NCBI GenBank assembly: GCA_965207735.1
Contig: OZ242296.1
Coordinates: forward strand, 4,896,001-4,960,000
From: Candidatus Versatilivorator sp.
GTDB taxonomy: Bacteria; Acidobacteriota; Terriglobia; Versatilivoradales; Versatilivoraceae
Direction: 5' to 3'
DNA length: 64,000 nt
Shown here: positions 1 to 9,197 of the stretch, piece by piece
Layout of the letters: each line of letters opens with the position of its first letter
How positions within the stretch are numbered: position 1 is the stretch's first letter
Program-made: the position numbers and the translations under genes
Notes under the pieces: model-generated
What the model was told of the DNA's origin: nothing
The model's database searches: none
What the model saw: the letters and a program-made list of their open reading frames with translations, nothing else

Positions 1-149
1 GCCCCCTGCGGCTGGCCAGGGCCTTGGTGCGATCGGCCCTGGCCTACTTTCGGAAGCAGCCATTCCGACTGCTGGCCTCGCAGTGGGACCTGGTTCCGTC
101 GCTGATCGGCCGCGAGCTCGTCGCCCGCCGTCAGGACCGCTCTCTATGA
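1..149 (+). CDS. 3' end of an unidentified gene, truncated by the window edge
   Basis: Open frame from position 3 (PLRLARALVRS...RQDRSL) ends at TGA 147-149, converging on the acyltransferase gene. Confidence 0.45.
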   Translation, partial: PLRLARALVRSALAYFRKQPFRLLASQWDLVPSLIGRELVARRQDRSL

Positions 150-914
150 GAAATGCGGGCTCGGGGCGGCGTGGCCTGAAGGATGCTTCCGCAGATTCTC
201 CTCCACCGGTTCCGCAATGATACGGTGCACCCGGTCCATCAGGGCGGGAATGTCCCGCGGACGCAGCCCTTTGGTCTGGATGGTGTCATGCAGGTGCACG
301 GTAATTTGCGAAGGGTAGAGCATGACGCTTCCCTTGCGGCAGAACTGGAACGATCCGCAAACGCTCATGGGAACAATGGGGGCGCCCAGCCGCTGGGCGA
401 TGACAAAGGCCCCCTTCTGGAAGGGTCCGACCCGGCCGGTCAGGGTCCGCGACCCCTCGGCAAATATCACCACGCTGATTCCATCCTGGAGGTGGGAGCG
501 GACCCGGTTCAGCAGGGCCTTGAAGTGGGACGGCCCCCCGCCCCTGCTGACCGGAATGTTGCCGAAACGGCTCATCATCCATCCGTAGACCGGGATCTTG
601 AAGTGGGATTCCAGTTCCAGTCCTCGAACGAACTGAGGGATCCCGCAGTACACCACAAAGGCGTCGAAGATGTTCACATGGTTGCAGATGAAGATGCTGG
701 TTCGATCGGGGTCGAAACCCGGCGCCCATCGCTTGCGGAAACGGAGGCCTGCCAGTCGAACGATGTTGCGGCACAAGATCCTCTGGGGCCGGTCGTTCCA
801 GCGCGGGTCCACGAAGATGCCTAGCACCACCAGAAAGGTGCAGACGGTGAAGAAGTGAAGGCTGCTGGCCGCCCAGATCAGGCCACAGCGCAGGATCAGA
901 TAGAGTCGGCGCAT
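144..914 (-). CDS. Lysophospholipid acyltransferase (PlsC-like, 1-acyl-sn-glycerol-3-phosphate acyltransferase family)
   Basis: NHVNIFD (HxxxxD) and FAEGSRT motifs; hydrophobic N-terminus. Confidence 0.9.
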   Translation of the reverse strand: MRRLYLILRCGLIWAASSLHFFTVCTFLVVLGIFVDPRWNDRPQRILCRNIVRLAGLRFRKRWAPGFDPDRTSIFICNHVNIFDAFVVYCGIPQFVRGLELESHFKIPVYGWMMSRFGNIPVSRGGGPSHFKALLNRVRSHLQDGISVVIFAEGSRTLTGRVGPFQKGAFVIAQRLGAPIVPMSVCGSFQFCRKGSVMLYPSQITVHLHDTIQTKGLRPRDIPALMDRVHRIIAEPVEENLRKHPSGHAAPSPHFS

Positions 915-1005
915 GGAAGGTTTCGATTCGGTGGGCTCAACGGAGCCTGCTCGCCCGACGGGGATTGGTACACCAGGTGACCGGTGCTCGTGGAGCTTCT
1001 CCGAC

Positions 1006-1905
1006 TCACGCCGCCACCTGGAGAGCTCCAGGCAGGACCTGGATGAGCTGCGGTTGGCAAACGAGCACTTCGCCGTCGATCATGACCGGCGTGGGACCGT
1101 CAAGGTCGAAATCGACCCGTGAGGCCGCGGCTCGCCAGATCAGCGGGTGCGACATATGGGTTCCGGAGAAAATCCGGGGAAAGGTCTTCACGAACTCCCA
1201 GCGTCCAATGGCGCCGACCCGCGTGATCTCGATCAGCCCATCCGCGATATCGGCTTGCGGGGCGATCATGAGCTTCCCGCCGGTGAAGCGGCTGTTGGAG
1301 AAGGTCAGGTAGGTGCAGGGTTGGCGGTGGGTTTCGCTGTCCTGCTCCAACCGGAAGGGGAAGGTGGGGTAGCGCAGCCCCATCCAACACCTCAGAATCG
1401 CCATCAGGTAGCCCAACTCTCCCCAACCCTTGAAGCGCCGGTTGGTGAGCTCTCCGGCGTCCGCCGTAAAGCCGATGCTGAGCAGATTGATGTAGTGCAC
1501 CGCGCCCTCGGCATGGGTCAGGCGCATGACGTCGCAGGGGCGGGACCGTTGGGCCACCAGTGCTTCCACGGCATGATCCAGTCCCCGATGGCTGAAGTCC
1601 CTCAAAAAGGAATTCCCGGTGCCCAGGGGTAGAAATCCCAGGGTAACCGGTTCGGATTCGTCCTTACGCGGAAAGAGACCGTTGACTACCTCGAAGCTGG
1701 TTCCGTCTCCCCCCACGGCCAGAAAGCGGCGGAAACCGTTCCGGTAGGCCTCGCGGCAGAGACTGGTGGCATGCTCGGCTCTCCGGGTTTCCACCGACTC
1801 CACGGGCACCCCTTGCGAGCGCAGCCGCTCCAGGGCTGCCGGAGCCTGCCGCCCGCAGCGCCCTCCGCCGGCGGCGGGATTGACGATGGCGAAGTAAGGC
1901 TTCAT
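1006..1905 (-). CDS. Diacylglycerol/lipid kinase (YegS/DAGK family)
   Basis: IVNPAAGGG, GGDGT, LPLGTGN and IDGE motifs. Start moved to ATG 1905, just after the upstream stop at 1913. Confidence 0.9.
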   Translation of the reverse strand: MKPYFAIVNPAAGGGRCGRQAPAALERLRSQGVPVESVETRRAEHATSLCREAYRNGFRRFLAVGGDGTSFEVVNGLFPRKDESEPVTLGFLPLGTGNSFLRDFSHRGLDHAVEALVAQRSRPCDVMRLTHAEGAVHYINLLSIGFTADAGELTNRRFKGWGELGYLMAILRCWMGLRYPTFPFRLEQDSETHRQPCTYLTFSNSRFTGGKLMIAPQADIADGLIEITRVGAIGRWEFVKTFPRIFSGTHMSHPLIWRAAASRVDFDLDGPTPVMIDGEVLVCQPQLIQVLPGALQVAA

Positions 1906-1912
1906 GTTTGTT

Positions 1913-3637
1913 TCAGACAAGCGAATGGACGTCTTCCGGGTCCATGCGAGCCGCAATGGCGTCGGCCAGCAACTGGCGCTTGACCTTGAGCGAGGCCGTC
2001 CGAGGAAAGTCGTCCGGCCACATCAGGTAGCCCGAGAGCCGCTTGAAGTCGGGGAGCCTTCGGTTCCGGCGGCGCAGCTCCTCCAGCACTTCGGGGTCCA
2101 GGGAATCGCCCGCCTCCAGGTGGAGCGCCAAGATCAACTGCTCCCCGGTGAGGGAACGCCGCTTCCAGACATAATTCGCGGCAAAGATGCAAAGTTCCTT
2201 GACTTCGAGGCCGCTGAAGGCGTTCTCGATGTCCTCGGGATAGATGTTCTTGCCTCCCTCGGTGACCACCATGTTCTTGAGACGGCCCACCAAGTGGAGG
2301 TGCCCGCTGGCGTCCATGCGGCCCAGGTCCCCGGTCAGAAGCCAGCCGTCCTTGAAGGTTTCGGCTGTCAGTTCCGGCTCATCCAGGTAGCCTTGCATCA
2401 GCGTCTCGCTCCTGACTGCGATCTCGCCCACGCCTTCGGTGTCCGGATCCAGCACCCGGATCTCCACTCCCGGCAGGGGCTTGCCCACCGTGTCGGCGCG
2501 AAAGGGGTCGAGATCGTTTACGGTGACCGCCGTTCCGGCCTCGGTGAGACCGTAGCCGTTGGCAACCGGCAGACCCAGGTCATAGAAGAACTGCAGGGTT
2601 TCGGGGTCGGCAAAGGCCCCGCCGGTGATGAAGGCCACCAACTCCCCGCCCAGGGCCTGGTGGATCTGGGGCAACAGCCGCCGGCTCAGGGCCGGTCGCG
2701 GCTTGCCGGCCGTCAGCAGGCGGTTGATCCCGATCAGGCGGTTCAGAACCCAATGACGAAAGGGTGGAAGCTCGGCGAACTTGGCCTTCATGCCGGTTTC
2801 CATGGCCTTGAGCACCATGGGAACCACGGCGACGTAGTTGATGCGGTAGCGGGGGAAGGCCGCCTTCAGAAATTCGGGCCGGAGCGTCCTCAGATGGATG
2901 ACGGTAGCGCCGCAGATAAAGGGTCCGATGAAGCCCACCATGAAGTCGATGGCATGGTTGGTGGGCAGGATGCTGAGATAGCGCAGCCCCGGCCAGAAGG
3001 GATACCAGGCCAAGAGCGACTGGCACTGCTTCAGGTAGTTGTCATGGGTCAGCATGCACCCCTTGGGCCGGCCGCCGGTCCCGGAGGAGTATACGATGCA
3101 GGCCAGGTCCGAGCGGTCGCGGGGGACAAACTCCGGGGTGGGGTCCTGCCGGCAGTTCTCCCAGCGCTCCGCCCCGGAAAGATCCGCTTCCGCGGGGGCT
3201 TCGGTGACCAGGATGGTTTCGGGCCTGAAGTCTTCCGGCTTGATTTCCTTGGCCAGGGCCCGCCAGAGCGGGTACTCGATGATCAGCACCTTGGCCTTGG
3301 CGTGAGCCAACAGGGCAAGATGGTCCGAAGGCCCCAGCTTGTAGTCCAGGGGCACCAGCACGCCGCCGCTGTAGAAGACCGCGTAGGCGCCGATAAGCCA
3401 CTTGGACTGATTGGACATCAAGATGCTGGCCCGGTCGCCGGATACGAACCCGGCGGCCTGCAGGGTGGCGGCAATGGGCCGGGCAGCCTCGGCGAAGTCT
3501 CCGTGGGACAGGCGGCAGTTCTCCCGGTCGCGGTCGGCTTCGATCAGCGCCAGGTGATCCGCCCACTTGGAGGTGGAGGCACGCAGGGCTTCGCCCAGAG
3601 AACGGTAGGGGGTCAGGTCGGGGCCGGCAATCTTCAT
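1913..3637 (-). CDS. AMP-dependent long-chain fatty acid-CoA/ACP ligase
   Basis: [12 protein letters not shown]-loop, NGYGLTE, TGDLG and [11 protein letters not shown] motifs. Confidence 0.92.
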   Translation of the reverse strand: MKIAGPDLTPYRSLGEALRASTSKWADHLALIEADRDRENCRLSHGDFAEAARPIAATLQAAGFVSGDRASILMSNQSKWLIGAYAVFYSGGVLVPLDYKLGPSDHLALLAHAKAKVLIIEYPLWRALAKEIKPEDFRPETILVTEAPAEADLSGAERWENCRQDPTPEFVPRDRSDLACIVYSSGTGGRPKGCMLTHDNYLKQCQSLLAWYPFWPGLRYLSILPTNHAIDFMVGFIGPFICGATVIHLRTLRPEFLKAAFPRYRINYVAVVPMVLKAMETGMKAKFAELPPFRHWVLNRLIGINRLLTAGKPRPALSRRLLPQIHQALGGELVAFITGGAFADPETLQFFYDLGLPVANGYGLTEAGTAVTVNDLDPFRADTVGKPLPGVEIRVLDPDTEGVGEIAVRSETLMQGYLDEPELTAETFKDGWLLTGDLGRMDASGHLHLVGRLKNMVVTEGGKNIYPEDIENAFSGLEVKELCIFAANYVWKRRSLTGEQLILALHLEAGDSLDPEVLEELRRRNRRLPDFKRLSGYLMWPDDFPRTASLKVKRQLLADAIAARMDPEDVHSLV

Positions 3638-3879
3638 CAGAGTCTGGAATCCACGCGCTCGGCCAGGGTTCGAAAGTCGGTCACTCCCTGGAGTTCGTAG
3701 TCGGGAAGCTCGATGCTAAAGTGATTTTCCAGTTGGGTCAACAGATCCAGTGCCTGCAGACTGTTGATTCCCAACTTTTCGAAGAAGTCGTCGTCTCCGC
3801 TCAGTTGGCCGAGGGGAATTTGAAACCGCTCGGAGGCCAACTGAAGGATCCGGCTCAGGGTTTCTTCTTGCGCGGGCAT
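3637..3879 (-). CDS. Acyl carrier protein
   Basis: 80-aa acidic protein with LGINSL phosphopantetheine Ser motif; stop overlaps the ligase start. Confidence 0.9.
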   Translation of the reverse strand: MPAQEETLSRILQLASERFQIPLGQLSGDDDFFEKLGINSLQALDLLTQLENHFSIELPDYELQGVTDFRTLAERVDSRL

Positions 3880-3974
3880 GAATGGGTCTCCTTGGTTCTG
3901 TTGCCGCCTGGGCGGCGAAAGGGTTCACCCGATTCGGACGGCAGAACCGCGGTCGCTTGCGGTCCCTCCTCAAT

Positions 3975-4787
3975 TCAGGGCAGATAGGGCTGAACCTGGC
4001 TGCTCTCCACAAATTTGCGTAACGCCGCTTCCACTTCGGGCCGATCGAAGAGCGCGCAGAAGATTTCGATTTCCCGTTCGAGCTCCCGATGAGGGATCGG
4101 CTTGATGAAGCGCTTGGCCTCCTGGGCCGCACGCGAGTCGAACTTGGTTGCCTGGCTGGCGATCCCTCGGGCCGCCCTCAGGGCATGGCCCGGCGCTACC
4201 AGTTGGCTGACCAGCCCGGCCGCGGCCGCCTTGCCGGCGTTGATGCTCCTTCCGGTCAACAGCAGATCGCGGACCAGGGCGTTGCCCAGGTCCCGCTTGA
4301 GTCGAGGGATTCCGCCGAATCCGGGGATCAGCCCCAGCCTCAATTCTGGAAAGCAGAACCGGGCGGTGCGGTCGGCCACAATCATATCGCAGGTCAGGGC
4401 CAGTTCGAACCCTCCCCCGAAGACGACTCCGTGAACTGCCGCCACCGTGGTCACGGGGATCTGGTCGATCCGATTGAACACCCCATGGATGCGTTCCAGG
4501 AAATCGCGAACACCGGTGTTTCTTTCCGCCTGGCCGCGTGACTGCAGCCCGGAAAAGAGCTCCCTGAGGTCGGCTCCGGCGCTGAACCCGGCCTCGATCG
4601 AGCTGTAGACCACCAGGGCTTTGGCACGGGCCGCCTGTTCCTCCAGCGCCTGGACGAAGCCCTCCAACTCCTTCAGCGCGAGCGACCCGATTTCGTTGCA
4701 GGGCTGCCGGTGCAGCCGCAACTCGAAGATCTCATCGGCCAGGCTGTAGGAGAGCGTCTTGCCTTGAAATGGACTCATGATGGTCAA
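3975..4787 (-). CDS. Enoyl-CoA hydratase/isomerase family protein
   Basis: FSAGADL, GGGFELAL and PELRLGLIPGFGG motifs; both catalytic Glu positions present. Confidence 0.92.
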   Translation of the reverse strand: MTIMSPFQGKTLSYSLADEIFELRLHRQPCNEIGSLALKELEGFVQALEEQAARAKALVVYSSIEAGFSAGADLRELFSGLQSRGQAERNTGVRDFLERIHGVFNRIDQIPVTTVAAVHGVVFGGGFELALTCDMIVADRTARFCFPELRLGLIPGFGGIPRLKRDLGNALVRDLLLTGRSINAGKAAAAGLVSQLVAPGHALRAARGIASQATKFDSRAAQEAKRFIKPIPHRELEREIEIFCALFDRPEVEAALRKFVESSQVQPYLP

Positions 4788-6463
4788 TCAGACTGGTAGA
4801 GAGCCTCGATCTCTTCCCGAAAATGGGCCTCGATGGCCGCTCTGCGCTGCTTTCCGTTGGCGGCAAGCAGGCCGTTTTCGATGCTGAATAGCTCGGCGGC
4901 AATGTGGAACCGGCGAATCCGGCGGTAGTGCGGCAGTTGCCGGTTGACCTCTTCGATGGCTCGTGCCGACTCTTCCCGGCTCGCCGGTCCCGTCAGCAGG
5001 GCAGCCAGGTACTTGCGCCCGTTCCCGACCACCATCACCTGGGTCGAGGCCGGCAAGGCTTCCAGCAGGCATTGCTCGATGGGCTCCGGGCTGATGTTGT
5101 GCCCCCCGGTGGTGATGATGATGTTCTTCATTCTTCCCACGATTTTCCAGTTTCCGGTGGCGTCCACCTCACCCTGGTCGCCGGTGCGGAACCACCCCTC
5201 CTCGAAGACGTCCCGATTGGACTGGGGGCGGTTCCAGTATCCGGGGAAGATATTGGGTCCCTTCACCAGAATTTCTCCCTCCTGGCTCAGCCGCATTTCG
5301 ATGCCCCGGATGGCCGGACCCACCCGGCCCGCCGTCACCCGGCGCACGTCGTCCATGGTGCAGATGGCGGTGGTTTCCGTCAATCCGTACACCTGCAGGA
5401 CCGGAATGCCGATCATCTGAAAGAACTGCTGGGTTTCCTCCGCCAAGGGAGCGGAGCCGCAGATCAGGGCTCGCAGCCCGGACCCGATGCGGTCTCGGAT
5501 CTTGGGGAAAACCAAGTGTCCCGCCAGGGGCAGCCAGACCCCGTCAAGCAGCCGGGTTCGATTCTCCTGTGCCCGCAACCAAGCCGATTGACCTCGGCTG
5601 AAGAGCAGCAGGCCCACACCGCCGCCCTCCCGTATCTTTTCCTCGACACCGGTTCGGATCCGTTCCAGCAGGGCGGGGACGTTCAGCATGTATTGGGGGC
5701 GCGCCAGCTTCCACTCATCGGCCAGACGGTTGAGGTCCGTCGACAACATCAGGTTGTTGTTGCGGTAGAGGCAGGTGAGCAGCAGGATCCAGGAGCCGGC
5801 GAAGCAGAGGGGCAGATAGTGGAAGACTCGGTCATCTGCATCCCCGGGGACGCCCTCCATCAGCTCTTCCAGGCGGGCCGTGGTCCGTTCCAGCATGAAG
5901 TCGATGTTTTCGCCGTTGAGCATGACACCCTTGGGCTCGCCCGAGGTGCCCGAGGTGTAGATGATGGTTACCACCTGGAGTTGGCCGGGGGGCTCCCCGC
6001 CCCCGATTTCGTTGCCGCCGCCGGCAACGGGAGCGCCCTCTTCCCCTGGCGGCGCTTCCCCCAGTACCTGCGAGAAGTCGAGGACGGGAGGCAGGTCGCT
6101 CCAGCAGGAGCGGATGGTTTCGATTTCGGAGGCCCGGGAACAGCAGAGCAGGGAAACCCCGCAATCCTTCATCATGACAACCAGCTCGTCCGGGGCCTGC
6201 CTGGAATAGAGGGGAACGGCGATGGCCCCCTCGGCCATGATGGCCAGGTTCATGGCGACCCAGTGGCTGCTGTTGGGGCCCAGCAGTCCACAGCGGTCCC
6301 CGGGGCGGAGTCCGGCGTCCCTCAGGCCACGGCGGGCCTGGCCGATCCAATCCAGAAGACCGGCTCCGCTAACCGAGTGGAGACCGTCCTCCCGAACCTC
6401 TTGCAGGACCGTTTTTTGTGGGCTTTGCGCCAGATTGGAAAAAATTTTCCGTAGAAAGTTCAT
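4784..6463 (-). CDS. Long-chain acyl-CoA synthetase (AMP-binding)
   Basis: YTSGTSGEPKG, YGLTETT, FRTGD and GGHNISPEPIE motifs. Confidence 0.92.
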   Translation of the reverse strand: MNFLRKIFSNLAQSPQKTVLQEVREDGLHSVSGAGLLDWIGQARRGLRDAGLRPGDRCGLLGPNSSHWVAMNLAIMAEGAIAVPLYSRQAPDELVVMMKDCGVSLLCCSRASEIETIRSCWSDLPPVLDFSQVLGEAPPGEEGAPVAGGGNEIGGGEPPGQLQVVTIIYTSGTSGEPKGVMLNGENIDFMLERTTARLEELMEGVPGDADDRVFHYLPLCFAGSWILLLTCLYRNNNLMLSTDLNRLADEWKLARPQYMLNVPALLERIRTGVEEKIREGGGVGLLLFSRGQSAWLRAQENRTRLLDGVWLPLAGHLVFPKIRDRIGSGLRALICGSAPLAEETQQFFQMIGIPVLQVYGLTETTAICTMDDVRRVTAGRVGPAIRGIEMRLSQEGEILVKGPNIFPGYWNRPQSNRDVFEEGWFRTGDQGEVDATGNWKIVGRMKNIIITTGGHNISPEPIEQCLLEALPASTQVMVVGNGRKYLAALLTGPASREESARAIEEVNRQLPHYRRIRRFHIAAELFSIENGLLAANGKQRRAAIEAHFREEIEALYQSD

Positions 6464-6475
6464 GGGACCGCAAGG

Positions 6476-6662
6476 TGAATGATGAATGATGAGTGATGAA
6501 TGATGAATAGTGATGAGTGAATAGTGATTGAATCGACACGTCGAGCATCTTGTTGATCTTGTCGCAGCCGTTTAAAGAGTGCAACCAGGTCATAGGGCGC
6601 TTGCCTGCTCCCGAAACCCTCCGCTGACCACTCTCCAGTCATCATTCATCACTCATCATTCA
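6476..6662. repeat. Heptamer-like (TGAATGA/TGAGTGA) tandem repeats with an inverted counterpart, enclosing a probable four-helix-bundle gene relic
   Basis: tgaatgatgaatgatgagtgatgaatga... at ~6476-6530 and tcatcattcatcactcatcattca at ~6639-6662. The interior reads SAEGFGSR and CDKINKML on the minus strand in different frames. Confidence 0.6.
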
Positions 6663-8065
6663 TAAGTCTCGATCAGGCTGACCAGGTTGGCGCTCAACGG
6701 GGGAAGATAATCTTCCCAGGAGAGATGGCCGTTCCGAGTGGGGAATTCGGGATAGCGCTCCAGCAGGTGCTGCTGAAAATAGACCCCCATGCGCGCCATC
6801 ACCTTCAGGTTTCGCACCACCGTTGCCCCCAGGCTTGCCCGCATCTCCTCAGCCTGACTCAGCAATTTCGGGAGGAGGACCTCCAGCTTGGACTCCAGAT
6901 CGGGGTCATCGACCTCCAGCAGGAATTCCGAGTGCCCCCGTTCCCGCATCAGGTTGCGCAGGCGCTCATCCATGGTGATGCCCGCCGAGGCCACGCCGGC
7001 CGGCATGCTGGTGACCACTCCATGGAATCGGGAGGAAAGGAGCAGATGGCACTGCCTCAGGATGCTCACCAACTGGTACATGTCGAACTGGTCGGCGACA
7101 AAGCAGGGGGCGCCTCCCAGGTCATGGCTGATTCTCTCGCAACTGATTCGATCCAGCGCCTCCATGCCGATCAATACCGGAAACACCCGGTGATTCTTTT
7201 GGAAGGCCTGAATGCCGCGGCTCCAGGCATCGAGATAGCGCTGAAAGGCCTCCCGGACCTCGGGGTTGTCGTGATGGAAATAAATGGAACGGTAGTGGCT
7301 GGCCTTGTACAACCCCAGCAGGGTACGGGCGGTGAACTTGGCCAGCGAAGGCCGCACCGGCCACCAGAAGGGGTTGATAGGGCAGAGCCCCAGGATCGGG
7401 GTGTGTCCATCCCAACCGGCGGCCTTCAGCTGCTTTTGCCCGTATTCCGGCCCGTGGGGTTCAAAGGTCCAGGCCGTATCGGTCCCCAACTCGGTTGGAA
7501 CCCCCAAGCCGCCCAGGATGCCCTGGGATTCCTCGTTGCGGGTGATGACCAGTGAATCGGAACAGAAACGCCGGCACATGGATTTCAGGAAGCGGTCCAT
7601 GTCGCCGGCTTCCGCCCCATATCCCACCGAAAGCCTGTTATGGGCGGCAGCGATTCCCAGGCAGCCAATCATCATGGCGCTGAGGGCGTTGGCGAACTTG
7701 CTTTTGAACATCGAGCCCTCGCAAGCCAGAATCCCATGGTAGCGGCCGACCTCGCGAAAGAGGAAGGGCGGAAAGACATCCGGCAGCTTGACCTGGCGCA
7801 CCGAATCGAAATAGCCGCGAGACCACTCCAGGTTGTGCGAGAGGACACTCATTTCCAGGTTGGAGTCGCCCAGCACGTGGCGAACCTGACGAATCATCTC
7901 CTGGACTCGGACATCGGCCCCGGTATTGCGGTTTCCGTTGTACCCGGCAAAGAGCAGGCGCAGGGGGGTTCCCGGCTGCCAGGACTCTCCCGATCCCAGC
8001 ATCCATCTCAGCTTGGAAAGCTCGATCAGGCTACTGACCCACAGCTCCAGTCCCAGATCCATCAT
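6656..8065 (-). CDS. Polysaccharide pyruvyl transferase family protein
   Basis: GYNGNRNTGAD N-terminal motif and SSRFHG motif. ATG 8065 overlaps the upstream TGA (ATGA). Confidence 0.8.
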   Translation of the reverse strand: MMDLGLELWVSSLIELSKLRWMLGSGESWQPGTPLRLLFAGYNGNRNTGADVRVQEMIRQVRHVLGDSNLEMSVLSHNLEWSRGYFDSVRQVKLPDVFPPFLFREVGRYHGILACEGSMFKSKFANALSAMMIGCLGIAAAHNRLSVGYGAEAGDMDRFLKSMCRRFCSDSLVITRNEESQGILGGLGVPTELGTDTAWTFEPHGPEYGQKQLKAAGWDGHTPILGLCPINPFWWPVRPSLAKFTARTLLGLYKASHYRSIYFHHDNPEVREAFQRYLDAWSRGIQAFQKNHRVFPVLIGMEALDRISCERISHDLGGAPCFVADQFDMYQLVSILRQCHLLLSSRFHGVVTSMPAGVASAGITMDERLRNLMRERGHSEFLLEVDDPDLESKLEVLLPKLLSQAEEMRASLGATVVRNLKVMARMGVYFQQHLLERYPEFPTRNGHLSWEDYLPPLSANLVSLIETYE

Positions 8066-9192
8066 AGGGCAGCCCCCGTCTCGGGCCATTCCCGGTAGGG
8101 ATAGGTGAAGTGGTTCCTGGTGGCGAACTGATAGAGAGGATAGCAGTAGTCGGTGAAACGTGCGGGGGTCATCCCGGTTTCCTGCACCACCCGGCTGTTG
8201 TCAAAGACCGTGTTCCAATGCAGATAGGGAAGAAAGACCTGCATGAGACTGGCCAGATAGCCAACCGCGGTGCCCCGCCGCCGGGCCAGCCAGCTCACCA
8301 AGGAGTTGACGGGGCGGATCAGAGAGGGGACATAGGTCGGCCGTCGGCGGTTGCGCACGGCGCTCAAGGCGTTGGTAATGTCCTGGCAGGTGGGGGAAGC
8401 TCTTCCGGAAGAAAGATGGTAGGTGTCGAAGCCGGGACTCTCTTTCTGGTGCAGGGTCGCCACCGCCTCGGCCACAAAGTCCACGTTGACGATGTCCAGG
8501 CGGTCGCCCGGTCGCAGCGGAAGCAGTGGCAGCCCCGCCAGGAAGGCGAAGGCCTGGACCATGTCGAACTGGGTGGTTTCCGCCCGCCGACTGTCTCCCA
8601 TCACGATGCTGGGGCGAAAGATGGTCAGGGGAGTATCCGGCAGAAGCTCTCGGATCAGGTGTTCAGAGAACTTCTTGGTGCGGGCGTAAGGATCGTAGTC
8701 TGAGCGGTTCCAGTCGATGGCTTCCTCTTCTCCAATGACTTCGTCTTGACGGGTTCCCGCCACCGCCACCGTGCTGATGTGGCTGAAACGTTTCAGGCCG
8801 TGATGGGCAGAGATGGCCTGGGCCAGCTTGACGACCTCCAGGGTGCCTCTGAGATTGATGTTCAGGCAGGCTCGTTCCGATTTGCGGTTGAGAGAGGCTG
8901 CCACATGCAGGATCGAATCCGCGTTCTTGACCAGGTGGCGATACTGGTCCGGACTGAAGCCGAATCCTTCTTCGGTGAGGTCCCCGGTCAGCACCTCGAT
9001 GCCGGTATTCAGGTGGTGGTGGAAGCGGTCGAAGTCCAGGTGCAGCTGAAAGGCCCGCCAAAGGCGTTGGGCCGCGGCTTCACGGTTGGGAGCCCGCACC
9101 AGAAGAATGAGGCGCTGGTGGTGTTTTTCCAGCAACTCGGTGGCGATGTGAGCGCCGAGGTAGCCTGTGGATCCGGTGAGAAAGATGGCCAT
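8062..9192 (-). CDS. Extended SDR / thioester-reductase-like NAD(P)-dependent oxidoreductase
   Basis: TGSTGYLG Rossmann motif, YARTK catalytic motif, RPSIV. Confidence 0.88.
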   Translation of the reverse strand: MAIFLTGSTGYLGAHIATELLEKHHQRLILLVRAPNREAAAQRLWRAFQLHLDFDRFHHHLNTGIEVLTGDLTEEGFGFSPDQYRHLVKNADSILHVAASLNRKSERACLNINLRGTLEVVKLAQAISAHHGLKRFSHISTVAVAGTRQDEVIGEEEAIDWNRSDYDPYARTKKFSEHLIRELLPDTPLTIFRPSIVMGDSRRAETTQFDMVQAFAFLAGLPLLPLRPGDRLDIVNVDFVAEAVATLHQKESPGFDTYHLSSGRASPTCQDITNALSAVRNRRRPTYVPSLIRPVNSLVSWLARRRGTAVGYLASLMQVFLPYLHWNTVFDNSRVVQETGMTPARFTDYCYPLYQFATRNHFTYPYREWPETGAAL

Positions 9193-9197
9193 GTCGG

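Noticed and set aside
6476-6662. Diversity-generating retroelement (Avd-like relic)
   Set aside because: No reverse transcriptase and no template/variable repeat pair were seen in the window.
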